In this document: one piece after another, positions 1 through 14,008 of the stretch
How the letters are laid out: every line of letters starts with the position of its first letter
Numbering within the stretch: the first letter of the stretch is position 1
Assembly: GCA_012295275.1 (NCBI GenBank)
Contig: CM022678.1
Location: forward strand, 6,758,001 to 6,822,000
Direction of reading: 5' to 3'
Length of the DNA stretch: 64,000 nt
Source of the DNA: Chrysomallon squamiferum
Lineage: Eukaryota > Animalia > Mollusca
Notes under the pieces: generated by a model
Seen by the model: the letters and a program-made list of their open reading frames with translations, nothing else
Told to the model about the DNA's origin: nothing
Database searches by the model: none
Translations under genes and position numbers: made by a program

Positions 1-521
1 CATTAAAGTCGTGATGTGACGGAGTAAACAAAATAACATAAACGGCTATCGCATTGTAAATATTGATCTTAAGAGTTCCTCGAAATCTCGGCAATTCGCT
101 AAACAAGTTCTTTGGTTGGCCAGCGTTCAGAAAAACGTAAACAGATAAGCAGTTATCGCAAATTTCATTAAAGACACAACTGTTCGCGGACGTGTAAACT
201 TATTAATAACGAAAATTAGCAGTGCATGGACAGACAGACCGTGCAGACAGTTTGTTAGAGACGGAACGTACGTAACGCACGTACGTACGTATGTATGTAC
301 AAAGAGAGCAAACCTGCAGTTATGCGGTGTTGATGACTAAGATAATGTATCTGGAGATAAAAATTTCGTTGCATGCACTGACGCCAGTATGTACGGACGG
401 TGAGAGAGAGAAAGGCGTGCTGTTTTAACAGTTTCTGAAAGGCTCACTGTTTGTTTGTTTCTTTGTGTGTCTGTTTAGCTGTTTTCTGTCCATTTATTTA
501 TCCTTTCATCCATCCATCCAT

Positions 522-592
<71 letters not shown>

Positions 593-798
593 CCTCCCTA
601 CCTGCCTCCCCCTACCTACCTACCTATCTATATATATATCTGTCTATCGACCTATTTATACATCCATCTATCTGTCTGCCTGTCTGTCTGTCTGTCTGTC
701 TGTCTATCTGATTATGCAATTGTCAAATCAGAAAACACACAGATTTTTGTACGTACATCAACACCGTACACAGAAAATGGACACATTAAAAAATAATA

Positions 799-839
<41 letters not shown>

Positions 840-1110
840 CACTTTCAGAAAGTTACTAACATATACACTTTCAAGAAAAAAAAAAAAAAACGCGACATAT
901 ATGAACATATATAAACATGCATATATACAAATGCATCATCCCCCAAAAAAATATTTTGTATTTACCACAAATCCGGCTTTGGAAAACGTGTTAATCTGGT
1001 ATCTGTTTCGTTCCTCGCTTTTCATTTTCTTATTTTAATAATTTAAAAACTTCCTTCAAGCCTTTTTTTTTTTTTTTTTTTTTCCCCAAAGAAACCCCCC
1101 CACATTAACC

Positions 1111-1311
1111 GCGTCACTTCCGGTCGCATTGTTGCCGGATGAATAATCATCTGGTGACTGTACCATCAAATTTGTTTAAACTAAGAAGTTTACGAAAGAA
1201 CAGTTACGCCTCGTAATAATTACGACGTAAAAAATATTGTTACGACAAAGACTGTGAGCGAGTCGGCGGGACACGTCATAAAACTGAGCGGGTTTGTGTA
1301 AACACGTAAGT
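1111..1311 (+). promoter_or_regulatory. Possible promoter and first exon of an unidentified transcript
   Basis: CpG-enriched patch with an ETS-type CACTTCCGG motif (1115-1123) and a GTAAGT donor at 1306-1311. No linked coding exon was identified. Confidence 0.2.
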
Positions 1312-1568
1312 TTTTCTGAATCGTTTCTCAACAGCTGTCGTTCAACATTAACTACGTGGATTTCGTGGGAAAACTAACTCGCTTTTTTTTTCTTTCTCTA
1401 TCTTTTATTTCTTTTCTTTTTTTTCTTTTTTTTTTTTTTTTTTTTTTTTGTTCGTTTATTTATATTTAAAATCACCGAGAAGTGCGTCATCGCGTTGACA
1501 CGTGACATAATCTGACGTAATTGTATTTTCTATGGTCTCATGAAACACTTTTATTATTATTGTTGTTG

Positions 1569-1629
<61 letters not shown>

Positions 1630-1787
1630 ATTTAATATTATTGTTATATTTAAATTGTTAGTATTATTGCTATTATTATTGTTATCATCATTATTATCAT
1701 CATAATAATTATCTTTGTTATTACTTATTATTTCATTTATTTTAATTTACTTTATTTTATTTATTTATTTTGTAAGCTGTTTTTTTT

Positions 1788-1847
<60 letters not shown>

Positions 1848-2975
1848 GGACGAAACATAATGATATTAACAACATGAAAAACAACTTCAATAATAATAGC
1901 ATTACAAAAGTAACAACAACAACAACAACAACAACAATAATAATAATAATAATAATAATAAAAAAGAAGAAGAAAGATCCTATAATGATGAAGAAAAAGT
2001 GGGGTAAAAACAATTACATGGAAAAAAAAATGTTCCCTTTTATTTATTCTCAAAGAAAATTACTATGATGGTAAATATTGTAAAGACTTGTGAAGAAAAA
2101 TATAATTAAATATGGTTTTTTTATGACTTTATTTACAATAAATGTTGCTGCATTACAGAATGGAGTATCAGAATTTATATACACCTTTTTTGAATGAACC
2201 TAAAGAAAGAATAATAACTGGTTCCCATTTCTTACATTTACAAAATTGCATTTGAACTGAATTTATATTATATCATTCCCAAGTTATATTATACAATAGC
2301 ATCATATGAATCATGTCATTCCCAGATTGTATTATACAATAAAATAATTTGAATCATATCATTCACAAATTGTATTATACAATAGTAAATCATATGACTT
2401 TTACTTAAACTAAAATCTAAATGAAATGTTGGTGGAATGATGTTATTTCCCCGGTTCTTGCGATTACATTTACGAAAAATATTTATATTATACACCGAAA
2501 AAAATAAACTTACTGTTGCCTAAATTTATGATTTTAAAATTTAAACATGAATGTCTAAGTTATACGTTTGAAGTAAAACTATTTCTTGAGTCCACACTTT
2601 CAACAAACATTACAGAATTGTTCTCAAATTCTTACGATTTTTTTTTTTTTTATCTGAATACGTGCTAGACAATGGTCGTATCTATCTTCCCATTTTTCAA
2701 GATTTTATTTCCGTCAACTGTTATAGGATTTTACACTATTATCTTTCCCAAATTGCTATGTTTTTTTTTTTTTTTCTCCAAAACAATGCAGCGAATATAT
2801 TTTTCAATTTCAGATGATTTCATTTGCACCTGAAGTTTATAGAATGAAACTTTGATACTGTTCTACAGCTTTTATACTGTTTTTATTTGTTTACAGTGAA
2901 TGGTATGTGTACAGTACAATGGTAGTCTTTATATTTACCAGTTTTTAACAAAATTAATGTGGAGTTATAAAATAA

Positions 2976-3018
<43 letters not shown>

Positions 3019-3869
3019 AATTCCTAATTTCATGTAATAACTTTGTATATAAACATATGAGAGCTGTATGCAAGGAGAATTTGGTAACTTACGATTTCAT
3101 TTGAAGAAAGTGTTTTGAGTTATACGCTAAAATCTTGTTGTTTACAAAAAAAACACACAAAAAACGATATGTATGTAATACAGTTATACCTTGTTATTCC
3201 TAATCACTAAGATTTCATTTTCAGCAAAAGTCTTTTAGGTTATATTCCATTCTCCCCATTTCCTAAGATGTTGTTTTTAAAAAAAAAATATTGTGATTTA
3301 GGTACATGGCAGTATTTTATTTGTGTAACGATTATTAATTATGAATTGGGTATTTAGATGTAAACTTTATGGTTTTTCGCAAGTGTAATGAATTATGTAG
3401 GGTAGCTATAAACATTTGTCAGTTTTTAAACATACAGGTTTTTGACCATCAGCCTGTTTTGTCTCAGTGTCAAAAGCTACCATCAATGTACAGAATCACT
3501 GACTTGACATCATAATGACAAATTAACTAACAGCATTTTTTCCATTCTATTATACTAACAAAATATTCCTATATATATATATTGCATAATTTCTTTTCAC
3601 TGTTTATAAAATTATTTCATTTTTCTTTTTAAATATCGAAATACACAATTTGTATTCCTCTATGAATTCCTGTTTGATCAGTCAGAATATTTCATAAACC
3701 TACTAAATTTTTTTTTTTTTTTTATTTTTTTTTTGCATAAAAAAGTTTCATTTTAAAAACAAACGAATTTGAATTTCAAAATTAATATCATATCATTTTG
3801 ATGTTTTGAGATTTAATGCTCAACTGATACATATGTATTTAATAACATAAATTTTTTTTTTTTTTTTTT

Positions 3870-4260
3870 CTAATTGAATTAAACATATGGCAAGCATATC
3901 AAATATATTTGAATTAATCTCCAACAGTATATACACAGTTGAATTATAAACGTATTGACGTATTGTTCCCATTTCATATACAGAAGATATATCTGAATTA
4001 AACACCAACAGCATATCATTTGAATTATAAACATATTGGCGTATTGTTCCCATTTCATATACAGCAGATATATCTGAACTGAACACCAACAGTATATCAT
4101 TTGAATTATAAACGTATTGACGTATTGTTCCCATTTCATATACAGAAGATATATCTGAATTAAACACCAACAGCATATCATTTGAATTATAAACGTATTG
4201 GCGTATTGTTCCCATTTTATGTAAGATGCATTTGAATTCAACATCAACAGCATATCATTC
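3870..4260. repeat. 81-bp minisatellite, about 4.5 copies
   Basis: gaattataaac recurs at 3941, 4022, 4103 and 4184. Confidence 0.9.
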
Positions 4261-5384
4261 ACATTTGAACTGTATACAAGTGCATTTTATTTACAACACT
4301 AATATCATTATATACCATGATATTTACTATTTTATATTTTAACACATATCTTTCAATTAAACTATAATAGCATATCATTCTCATTTGAAATATAAAAATT
4401 TTGCAAGGTACTAAAATTACAACATTTTGATATGATTGCAACATATCACCATGTTACTAATACGTTACGATTTATATTTCCCATTTCTGTCAATTGTATT
4501 TACAACATTTATACAATTATTTTGTTCCCAAATATTTAACTATTTTACATTAAAATATTTATATTGCAATTAAAATGAGCCTGCATATCATTTTTATTTG
4601 AAATTTATATATTTTACATTCTACAACATATCTTTCTCATTTCATTTACAAAAATAATATCATGTTATATCCAAATATTTACCATTTTTGGTTTCTAAGA
4701 AATATCATTTACCCCACTTTTTTTTTAAGATTTCGTTTTTATTTACAACATTCATTCATTTACATGTTTTGGGGGTATTTTCATATGTAACAAATAACAT
4801 TATTATTATTATTATTATTATTATTTTTTTTTTTTTTTTTTCTATTTTACAAATATATTGTTAACCCATTTTTACATTTTATTTACATCCCTCTTTTATT
4901 TACAAAATTCATGTGAATTTTTATTCAAAACATTTATCATTTATTTAAATTTTTTTAAACCTATTGTTCTTTTAGACATTGAAACTATATTATTTTCCTC
5001 AATCTTAGCGATTTTATTTTCAAGAAATATGTTTTTTTTTATTTCGAACAAATGAAGTTACCGTTCCTTTTTGTTTTTCTTCTTCAAATTTCGATGACAA
5101 CTTGGCTAACATTACCTCCATTCACACAAACATAAAAAACATTTACATACAGTTTCAGTTCTTCCACGGAAATCACGTCAATATCGTAACAAATGTTATT
5201 CATCTGGTGTTACAGTCATGTGCCAGTGTAGCCAGAAATTTAATATTATTACTTTACAGTCTTCAGATGAAAATCTCTTTTCACGCGCATGTGAAACGTT
5301 TGTATAAGATTTCAGTCCTTCTGCGGAAGTTTCGTCAGTGTTAATTGCGTGACGTCAAAATCCTTGTGTGAAAGTTTATTTACC

Positions 5385-5530
5385 GTTACAATTCTTCTGT
5401 GAAATTATATTTCACGATACAATCCTTCTGTGAAATTATATTTCACGTCACAATCCTTCCGTGAAATTATATTTCACGTTACAATCCTTCTGTGAAATTA
5501 TATTTCACGTTATAATCCTTCTGTGAAAAT
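5385..5530. repeat. 31-bp minisatellite with an internal palindrome, about 4.5 copies
   Basis: Unit caatccttctgtgaaattatatttcacgtta; gaaatt at 5401, 5432, 5463, 5494; GTGAAAT-tat-ATTTCAC inverted repeat in each unit. Degenerate ttgacgttacaatcatt repeats follow to about 5880. Confidence 0.85.
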
Positions 5531-6210
5531 TAACGACTGTTGCAATATTTCTGTTTAAGATCAGTCAGAAATTTCACTCCTTTGACGTAATATTATTCAG
5601 TAATATTCAGTAATATTATTCTTTTGACGTTACAATCATTCAGTAATATTACTCTTTTTACGTTACAATCATTCTATTTAAGTTCAGTCAGTAATATTAC
5701 TCTTTTGACGTCACAATCATTTTATTCAAGTTCATTTAATATTATCATGCCTTTGACGTTACAATCATACAGTAAAAAAAAAAAAAAAAAAAATCATTCA
5801 ATAATATTACTTCTTTGACGTTACAATCATTCTGTTTTAAGTTCATCCCAGTAACATGACTCCGTTCACGTTACAAGAAACATATATTTAAGTTTCTGTT
5901 GCTAGTTATAACAGAATCTATTCCAGGATAGACTAGCGTTACGTTATTTTTGTCACGTATTACAGTTCTTTCAGTTTAAAGTGACAGGTTTTTTTTTTTT
6001 TTAGAGAAAATTGTAAAAAAAAACCTGTTATTATCATATTTCACCCATGGAACCACATCTCTAAGAATCACATGGAACGTTAATAGACTGTAATGTTGTC
6101 TTTTCCTGTTGACTGCATAGAAGCATATATTTAGGAAATACTGGTTGTTGTCCTCGGCAGCGAAATGTCACTGAGGTGCTTTGTTTGTCAGTCGTTAGGT
6201 TTAGTTAACA

Positions 6211-6267
<57 letters not shown>

Positions 6268-6445
6268 TAATAATAATAATAATAATAGTAATGAATGATG
6301 ATGATAATAATTTTAGGTTGGATATCAGTCTTTATCAGTTAGTAGTCTAGTTTATAAACGTCAATATAAAAAAAAAAATTTTTTTTATAAAAAAAAATAA
6401 TTGTTATTATCATTTACTTATTTTATATTGTAATTTATCACGACG

Positions 6446-7860
6446 TCAAGCCCGATGTTTTCCGCCATTTTGTCTCACTTCCATCTGGTTTCCCGAGTTC
6501 AGACTCCGCCCCCTCCACACCTCCGAGTCCGTGAAGGACAGGAACGTTGCCATGACAACGCCCATAGCGCCTCTGAGAACGACGTTGAGGTAGGCGGTAC
6601 CGGTCGCTGTCTTTCGGTCGTATTCTCCGTACTCGTCCACGAGAAGGTACAGGTCGGCGGCGGACGACAGGAGCAGGAAGATCAACGTCTTCACGGTCCC
6701 CTGAGAAGCGAACGTCATTTCCGGCGTGACGACGTTCCCGGGACGACTGCGACACAGCGCGTAGACGCAGACGGTGAGCAGGCACACGGCCATGAGGATG
6801 CAGGCGATCTTCGGCGCGTCGAAAATCCAGCGGGACTCGTGCCGGACGAAGTCGAAGCGACACGAAGCGAACTCGCCCGGCAGCGCGCCCGTCACGGTGA
6901 GCACCCAGGCCGTCGTGAAGACGACGGGGATGCCGAAGCCGACGACGTAGAGCACGAGCATGCCCGACCGCTTGATGACGTCGTCGAGGGCGGCGAAGAG
7001 GTAGTAGATGCCGAGCACGACGATCCAGGCGTACGACGACAGGCTGGAGAAGTGGGCGACGTAGGAGACGAGGACGCAGAGCGCGGCGGAGGCGGAGGCG
7101 GAGGAGTTCGTGTCGCCGACGAGGGGGACGACGACCTCGGAGAGTTTGGCGACGAATCGCAGCAGGCTGGTCGCAAACAGGGGACGAGGATCTTGTGTCG
7201 CTGTGTCGCGAGGTTCCGGACCAGGCAGCCGAACAGAAAAATCGCCAGGAGCAGAGACACGAGCGAGAGGGAGTTGCACACGATGCCGACGACGTCGAGG
7301 CTTCCGATCGCCGCCACGTCGTCGTCGTCGTTCCCATCGCGCGTGACGTTCTTCACCGCGTTGCTGCTGTAGTCGTAGTCGTGGTCGTCGTCAACAACAG
7401 CGCCGACGACGTCGACGTACTTTCCGCGCACGTAGCCGTCGTGAATGGGGTAGCCGCGAGTGACGACGAACGCGGCGGTCGTTCTCTCTGCTGCTGCTGC
7501 TGTTGTTGTTGTTGTTGCTCGTATCGTTGTTGCTGTCGTTGTCGTAGACATCGTCGTCGTTCTGATCTCGCAGTCGGAATAGTTCGTCCAGCCCTTTCGG
7601 GCGTCCACTCCCGGAATCGTGAACCACGTGGCGCTCTTGTCGCACGTTTTGTACGCGTAGCCACTGGGGGAATACCCCTTGATGTCCGGACACTGCTGTC
7701 TGATTGTCATTCCGGGCAGAGTCGGAGGCCAGCACAGAATTCCGTCCCACGTCGCCTTGCAGAGTCGCTCGGACCCGAAGTTCAGCCCCCCCATCGTCGT
7801 CAGACATTCTTGGAGGCTTCCGGCCACGTGCGCCTGGTTTGGTTCTTTGCGCATGCTCAT
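6446..7860 (-). CDS. Class B1 (secretin/CRF/calcitonin-family) GPCR, intronless CDS, about 471 aa after correcting one frameshift near 7180-7183
   Basis: ORF 6892..7860 begins with a six-Cys hormone-receptor domain (QECL...LCKATWDGILCWPPT...QQCP...KTCD...GWTNYSDC) followed by TM1 (VGIVCNSLSLVSLLLAIFLF). ORF 6446..7279 supplies TM2-TM7 (LFATSLLR, LCVLVSYVAHFSSLSSYAW, YVVGFGIP, WIFDAP, SFTDSEV). One extra base in the GGGG run at 7180-7183 joins the two as RHKILVPLFATSLLR, giving 1416 nt (472 codons). A splice acceptor (ttacttcag) lies 71 nt upstream of the ATG at 7932-7933. Confidence 0.88.
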
Positions 7861-9036
7861 GGTGTCGCGTTCTTTCTTCCGGTTGTGTGTTTTTTTTTTT
7901 TTTTTTTTTCTTCAGTCGTCCATTATGGTTTCTGAAGTAAATGAAATGAATGAATGAATGAAGGAAGGAATAAATGAGTAAATAAATAAATATATAAGTA
8001 AAGTAAATAAGTAAATAAGGAAGTAAATGAAATAAAATAAAATAAAATAAAATAAAACAAAATAAAATAAAATAAAGAAATAAATAAAATAAAATAAAAT
8101 AAAAATAAAATAAAATAAAATAAAATAAAATAAAATAAAATAAAACAAAACAAAATAAATAAATAAATAAAATAAAATATAATAAAATAAAATAAATTTA
8201 AATAAATAAATGAACAAATAAATAAACAAATGAACAAACAAATAAATAAATCAGATATAAATAAGTAAATAAATAAATAAATAAGCAATAAATAATTATG
8301 TAAGTAAATAAGTAAGTAAGTGAAACAATAAGTAAATAAATCAAATAATAAAAAGAAAGCTATGCAGTATAACAGTAACAGTAATAATGACGAACAGTAC
8401 ACTGGAGATAAAAATAGATGTAGATGTAGTACACATCATTATAGACGACCAAATGCGTTCTTATAGACAGACAGACATGTATACAGACAGACAGACAGAC
8501 ACACATATATAAACATATGTAGCACGAATGACAACGCCCGAATCAATGATAAATCTATACCTTACTGTGATTTGGTTTATTGATTTATCGTACTGATTTA
8601 GTGAGAGTCTTATGACTTTAAGATCAAATTATAAGTTTGTGAATTGAACACTTTATATTGATATGAATGTTATAATGTCAAAGGTATTAAAATTACACAA
8701 TTTTGTGACAATTACGTGTGGTTTGTTACGAATACGTGATAAGTTTAGAAAATAATAACATTAGCGAATATCTGATAAGATTACGTCACAAAATAATAAA
8801 ATTAGAGTAAGTGATAAAATTACGTTACAAAATACGTGATACCATACAATTCAGTGATAATGTAATTTTCCAAAATTAAAAAATAGAGAGAAAATAAAGT
8901 ATAAATAAAAAAAATAAGTAAAGAAATAAAGGAAGAAAGAAAGAAAGACAAAATAAAGAAATAAAAAATAAAGAAAAAAGTAAGAAAAAAGAAATGAAAG
9001 ATGACTGGCAGGTGTGCTAAACCCATCCTCAGAATC

Positions 9037-9258
<222 letters not shown>

Positions 9259-9424
9259 AGAATAAACAGAAAAAAGAAACGTAACAACAACAGGAGCAGC
9301 AGCAATAGTAATACAAATAATAATAACAATAATAATAGTAATAAAGAATAAACAGATAGATAATCAGATAGTCAGATAAATAAGTAAACAAACAAACAAA
9401 TATATAAATAAAATAATCATAAAA

Positions 9425-9459
<35 letters not shown>

Positions 9460-9475
9460 CAAAAAAAGAAAAAAA

Positions 9476-9507
<32 letters not shown>

Positions 9508-10017
9508 AAAAAAAAGAAAAGAAAAAGAAAATAATTAGCACGCCGCGTTTCAGCCCCTTTCTCCCCCACGAGCCTCGATCTCGTTCTTATCACGCGCGCG
9601 CAATCTCCGATAACGTTACGTGACCGCTTCTTATTTCTCTTTTAATCTCGCAGACGGGGTCGAGTTACGAGGTCACCTCGAGCAATCTGACCTTTACGTT
9701 AACACAAGCCGAGAGAGAATAAAACATTGTCGAAACCCACAGCATGGATCCGCGTCATTTCGCGTCGTTGGCTGTAACTCCCGCCTCCATCCACAGAGGA
9801 CCGTTTATTCCGAATCGGCGATGATAAAGCGAGTGGTTTTTAACGTAACACGCGCAGGAGGGCAGACGCAGAACGGGGGACGAGTGAAGAAAGGAGAGAA
9901 ACACTGAGGCAGCTGTTATCCGTTCCGTTGAAAGCGTTCGTTTTTATTATTAGCGTCACCGTTACTTTTTTTGTTTTTATTTTTATTTTTTTTATAGTTT
10001 TGTATATGTGTGAGTGT

Positions 10018-10117
<100 letters not shown>

Positions 10118-10157
10118 GTATGTATATATATATATGACACATATATATACACATATA

Positions 10158-10229
<72 letters not shown>

Positions 10230-10653
10230 TATATACATATATATGTGTATATTTATATATATATATACACACACATGTATATATATATGTGTGTGTATAT
10301 GTACACACAAACATGTATATACACACATACATATGTGGTGTGAGTGTGTGTGTGTGTGTGTATAATCTATATATTTGTATGTCTATACATGAAAGTATGT
10401 ACGTTCAAATGTACATCTCAGTGAACGTACGCATGAATGTATGTGTGTGTAATAGCAGAGTGTAGCAGTAAACAAACTAATATAATGAAGAACAAAATGT
10501 CATTGTTTCTACCTTTCTGTTAATAATAATAATAATAATAACAATAATAATAATAATAATAATAATTACAAGAACAATACTAATAACAGTAGTAATAATA
10601 ATAATAATTAGTACAACAAGAAAATAATAATAATAACAACAATAAGAACAACA

Positions 10654-10690
<37 letters not shown>

Positions 10691-10740
10691 TAATAATAAC
10701 AACAGTAATTACAACAACAATACTAATACTACTACTAATA

Positions 10741-10788
<48 letters not shown>

Positions 10789-11005
10789 GAAGAAGAAGAA
10801 GAAGAAGAAGAAGACGAAGAAGAAGAAGTTAATACTATTAATAAAAACAATCAAAATAGCACTCGTCGCTTATATTAAAGATTTTAAAGCGAAATGTTTA
10901 TTTACAAATTTATTATTGTTACTGTTATTAATTTTAAATTATTTTAAGCACGTAGACAAACATGTTTGAGACACAAAAATACAGAGAGAGAGAGAGAGAG
11001 AGGCG

Positions 11006-11273
<268 letters not shown>

Positions 11274-11601
11274 TATAACCGACTTACCGAAGATGAATTA
11301 TTTTTCGTTCTGTATTCACTAAAAATATTCTGAAGTTCCTTCCAGAATTTACTAGTCCATTTGTTAACAGTCAGCTGTGGCTTTTTTTTTTTTTTTTTTT
11401 TAACTGTAGACGTCGTTTGACTGTCGCTTCTTTGCAAGATCCAGACGTCGTATAAGCTGTTTATTTTTGAACGTTGTCAACGTCGTGGAATCGTAAGAAT
11501 TTTTTTTTTTTGTTCCACTTTGTAAAGACAGTCGTTCAGTTGTCTTTCATTTTCAACCTGTTACACAGTCGCTTAGTTGTCTTGTGTCGGCAAGTTGTAA
11601 A

Positions 11602-11916
11602 ACTTACTTGCAGGTTGCAGACGTCTTTCTTTTTTTTATTTTTTTTTCTCGTCTTCTGCAACTTGCCGGAGTCGTCTGCTGTAACGCGCGCGCCTGACTG
11701 GACGAATCAGAAACGCGACTGCTGGGCTGTGTGTGACGTGCGCAAAAGCGAGGCGATGATGATGATTCTATCACCCAGCCGAAGATCTGGCGCAAAAACG
11801 CGACGAGTGCAGAGACTTATAACGCTTCCTATTTGATAAGAAATTTTACTTTCAGACGTAACCCCCCACACACCCCCTTGACACGGTTTGGCAGCACGCA
11901 TGCGCAGTGATTTATA
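11602..11916 (-). promoter_or_regulatory. Candidate promoter and non-coding first exon on the minus strand, possibly for the GPCR
   Basis: GC/CpG-enriched patch with minus-strand TATAAA (11911-11916), an NRF1-like TGCGCATGCG just downstream and a GTAAGT donor at 11602-11607. Assignment to the GPCR is inferred from strand and position only. Confidence 0.3.
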
Positions 11917-12042
11917 GCCACGGCGATTTGAAAAAAATAAGAAGAAAGCGGAGAGTGAATGAGAGAGCGAGAATGTTTTGCCGTCAGTAGATCTGTTGTG
12001 AAATGTTGAATATAAACGTGTATGCATGCGTCGTTATAACTT

Positions 12043-12139
<97 letters not shown>

Positions 12140-12709
12140 AAACAAACAGCAGAGGTAACAGTAGTTGCTGTTATTGCTGCAGGAGTAATAGCAGCAGCAG
12201 ACGTAGTTGTATTAATAGTAATAGCAGTAGCAACAGTAGTTATTTTAATCGTAGTTGCGATATTAGTAACAGCAGTGGTAATAGCAGAGTAGTAGTTGCA
12301 GAAGTAAGAGTAGTAGTCGTTGTCGTAGTAGCTATGATAGTATCAAAAGAATGCAGAATTCAGATTTAAATAAACGGCCGAGTTTAAAACAGTTAATGAT
12401 GAAAACGTTGTGGCCGTCGTAAATAATTAAAATTGGTTTTCAGTTTAAAAGAGACTGAAAGAAAATTTTAGGAAGAATTTAAAAAAGGTTTAAGCGAAAG
12501 ATATAGCAGAATTCTAACTGTGGTTTAAATGAAAACTAAGCAAAGTTTAAAATAAAATTTAAGCGAAAATGTAGCAAAACTCAGTAAAACTTTAAACGAA
12601 AAAGAATAAAATCACAGCTGAAAATAGGTTCTGACTGAAAAGTTCTGGACGATTTAAAAAAATATTCGGAAGGTTTTGTGACGTAACTCAAAATAATTAT
12701 AGGCGAAAA

Positions 12710-13010
12710 GTATGTAGCATAGTTTAAATTAACTGTAGACAAAAAATTTGTAGCAAAGTTTATATTAACTGTAGACGTAAAGTTTGTAGCAAAGTTTAAA
12801 TTAACTGTAGGCGTAAAGTTTGTAGCAAAGTTTAAATTATCTGTAGACGTAAAGTTTGTAGCATAGTTTAAATTAACTGTAGACGTAAAGTTTGTAGCAA
12901 AGTTTATATTAACTGTAGTTGAAAGATTTTAGCAAGGTTTAAAAGAATTGTAGATTAAAGAGATGTTACATAGTTTAAATTATTACATAGTTTAAATTAA
13001 CTGTAGACGC
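12710..13010. repeat. 36-bp minisatellite, about 6 copies plus decayed copies
   Basis: Unit tttgtagcaaagtttaaattaactgtagacgtaaag; aactgtag at 12731, 12767 and onward. Confidence 0.88.
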
Positions 13011-13126
13011 AAAAGATGGTGCCACAGGTTAACATAGCTGTAACCGAAAAAGGTTTTAACATGTTTGAAAATAATCGTAGTAGATGAGTTTAACTGCCTG
13101 TTTTCTTTCGTTTGTTTGTTTTTCTT

Positions 13127-13177
<51 letters not shown>

Positions 13178-13952
13178 TTGTATTTACTTATCATAATTAT
13201 TATTATTTCTTTTTATCAAAGACTGTTGCACGTATTTCCCGGCTAACGATAAGATCTTCATAATGTAACCCTCTATTATCTTGAAAGATCCTTTACTACG
13301 TAAACGAACGTAAATTCTAAACAGGACGTAAAAGAAGACATGTCTCCCACGTATCGTGTTTGTGTTTAAATAAATGATTACGCACTTCCCGTCTCAGACA
13401 GATGCAAATTCTCAAAAATGTCAGCAGTTTACGTCAAGGTAACATCAATGTAAAAAAATTTTTTTTTTTTTTTTAATTTTAATTTTTTTTTTTTTTTTTT
13501 TTTATTTTTAATTTTTTTTTTTTTTTTTTTTTTAGGTTTTTTTTTTTTTTTCCTGTATCCGTCTGATTATGGTTTTGGTGGTGGTGGTTGTAGTAGTAGT
13601 GGTAGTAGTTGGTATGTAGTAGTAGTAGTAGTAGTAGTAGTAGTTGTTGTTGTAGAAATAATAATAGAAGTAGTAATAACAGAGGTTGTAGTAGTAGTAG
13701 TAGTAGAAGAAGAAATAGTGGCAGTAGCAGTGGTAACGGTTGTAGAAGTAGCCGTAGCTGTTGAAGCTGTAGTAGTAGTAATGCTGGTGGTTGTAGCAGT
13801 AGTAATAGAGAAATTAGTGGTAATGGAAGTTGTAGTAGTAGCAGTAGTATGAACAACAACAGCTGCAGTAGTTTTAAAACACAGATTTATAGAGTATGGT
13901 AGTACATACCTATCTATCTACCTATATACCTATCTGTTTACCTATCTGTTTG

Positions 13953-14008
<56 letters not shown>

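Noticed and set aside
451-2068. Low-complexity ORFs (poly-SL, ER, I, L, Y, CV) here and throughout the window
   Set aside because: All are translations of di-, tri- or tetranucleotide microsatellites.
3820-4262. 27-aa repeat protein ORFs
   Set aside because: Product of an AT-rich 81-bp minisatellite; two frames are equally open and there is no splice or domain support.
7170-7195. Programmed ribosomal frameshifting in the GPCR or CABIT gene
   Set aside because: No slippery heptamer is evident at the GPCR site, and three similar -1 lesions in unrelated genes are more simply explained by consensus error.
6438-7935. Overlapping alternative-frame and antisense ORFs (6438..7337, 6455..7372, 7195..7935 and others)
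   Set aside because: Shadow ORFs expected from the GC-rich codon usage of the GPCR; no recognisable motifs.
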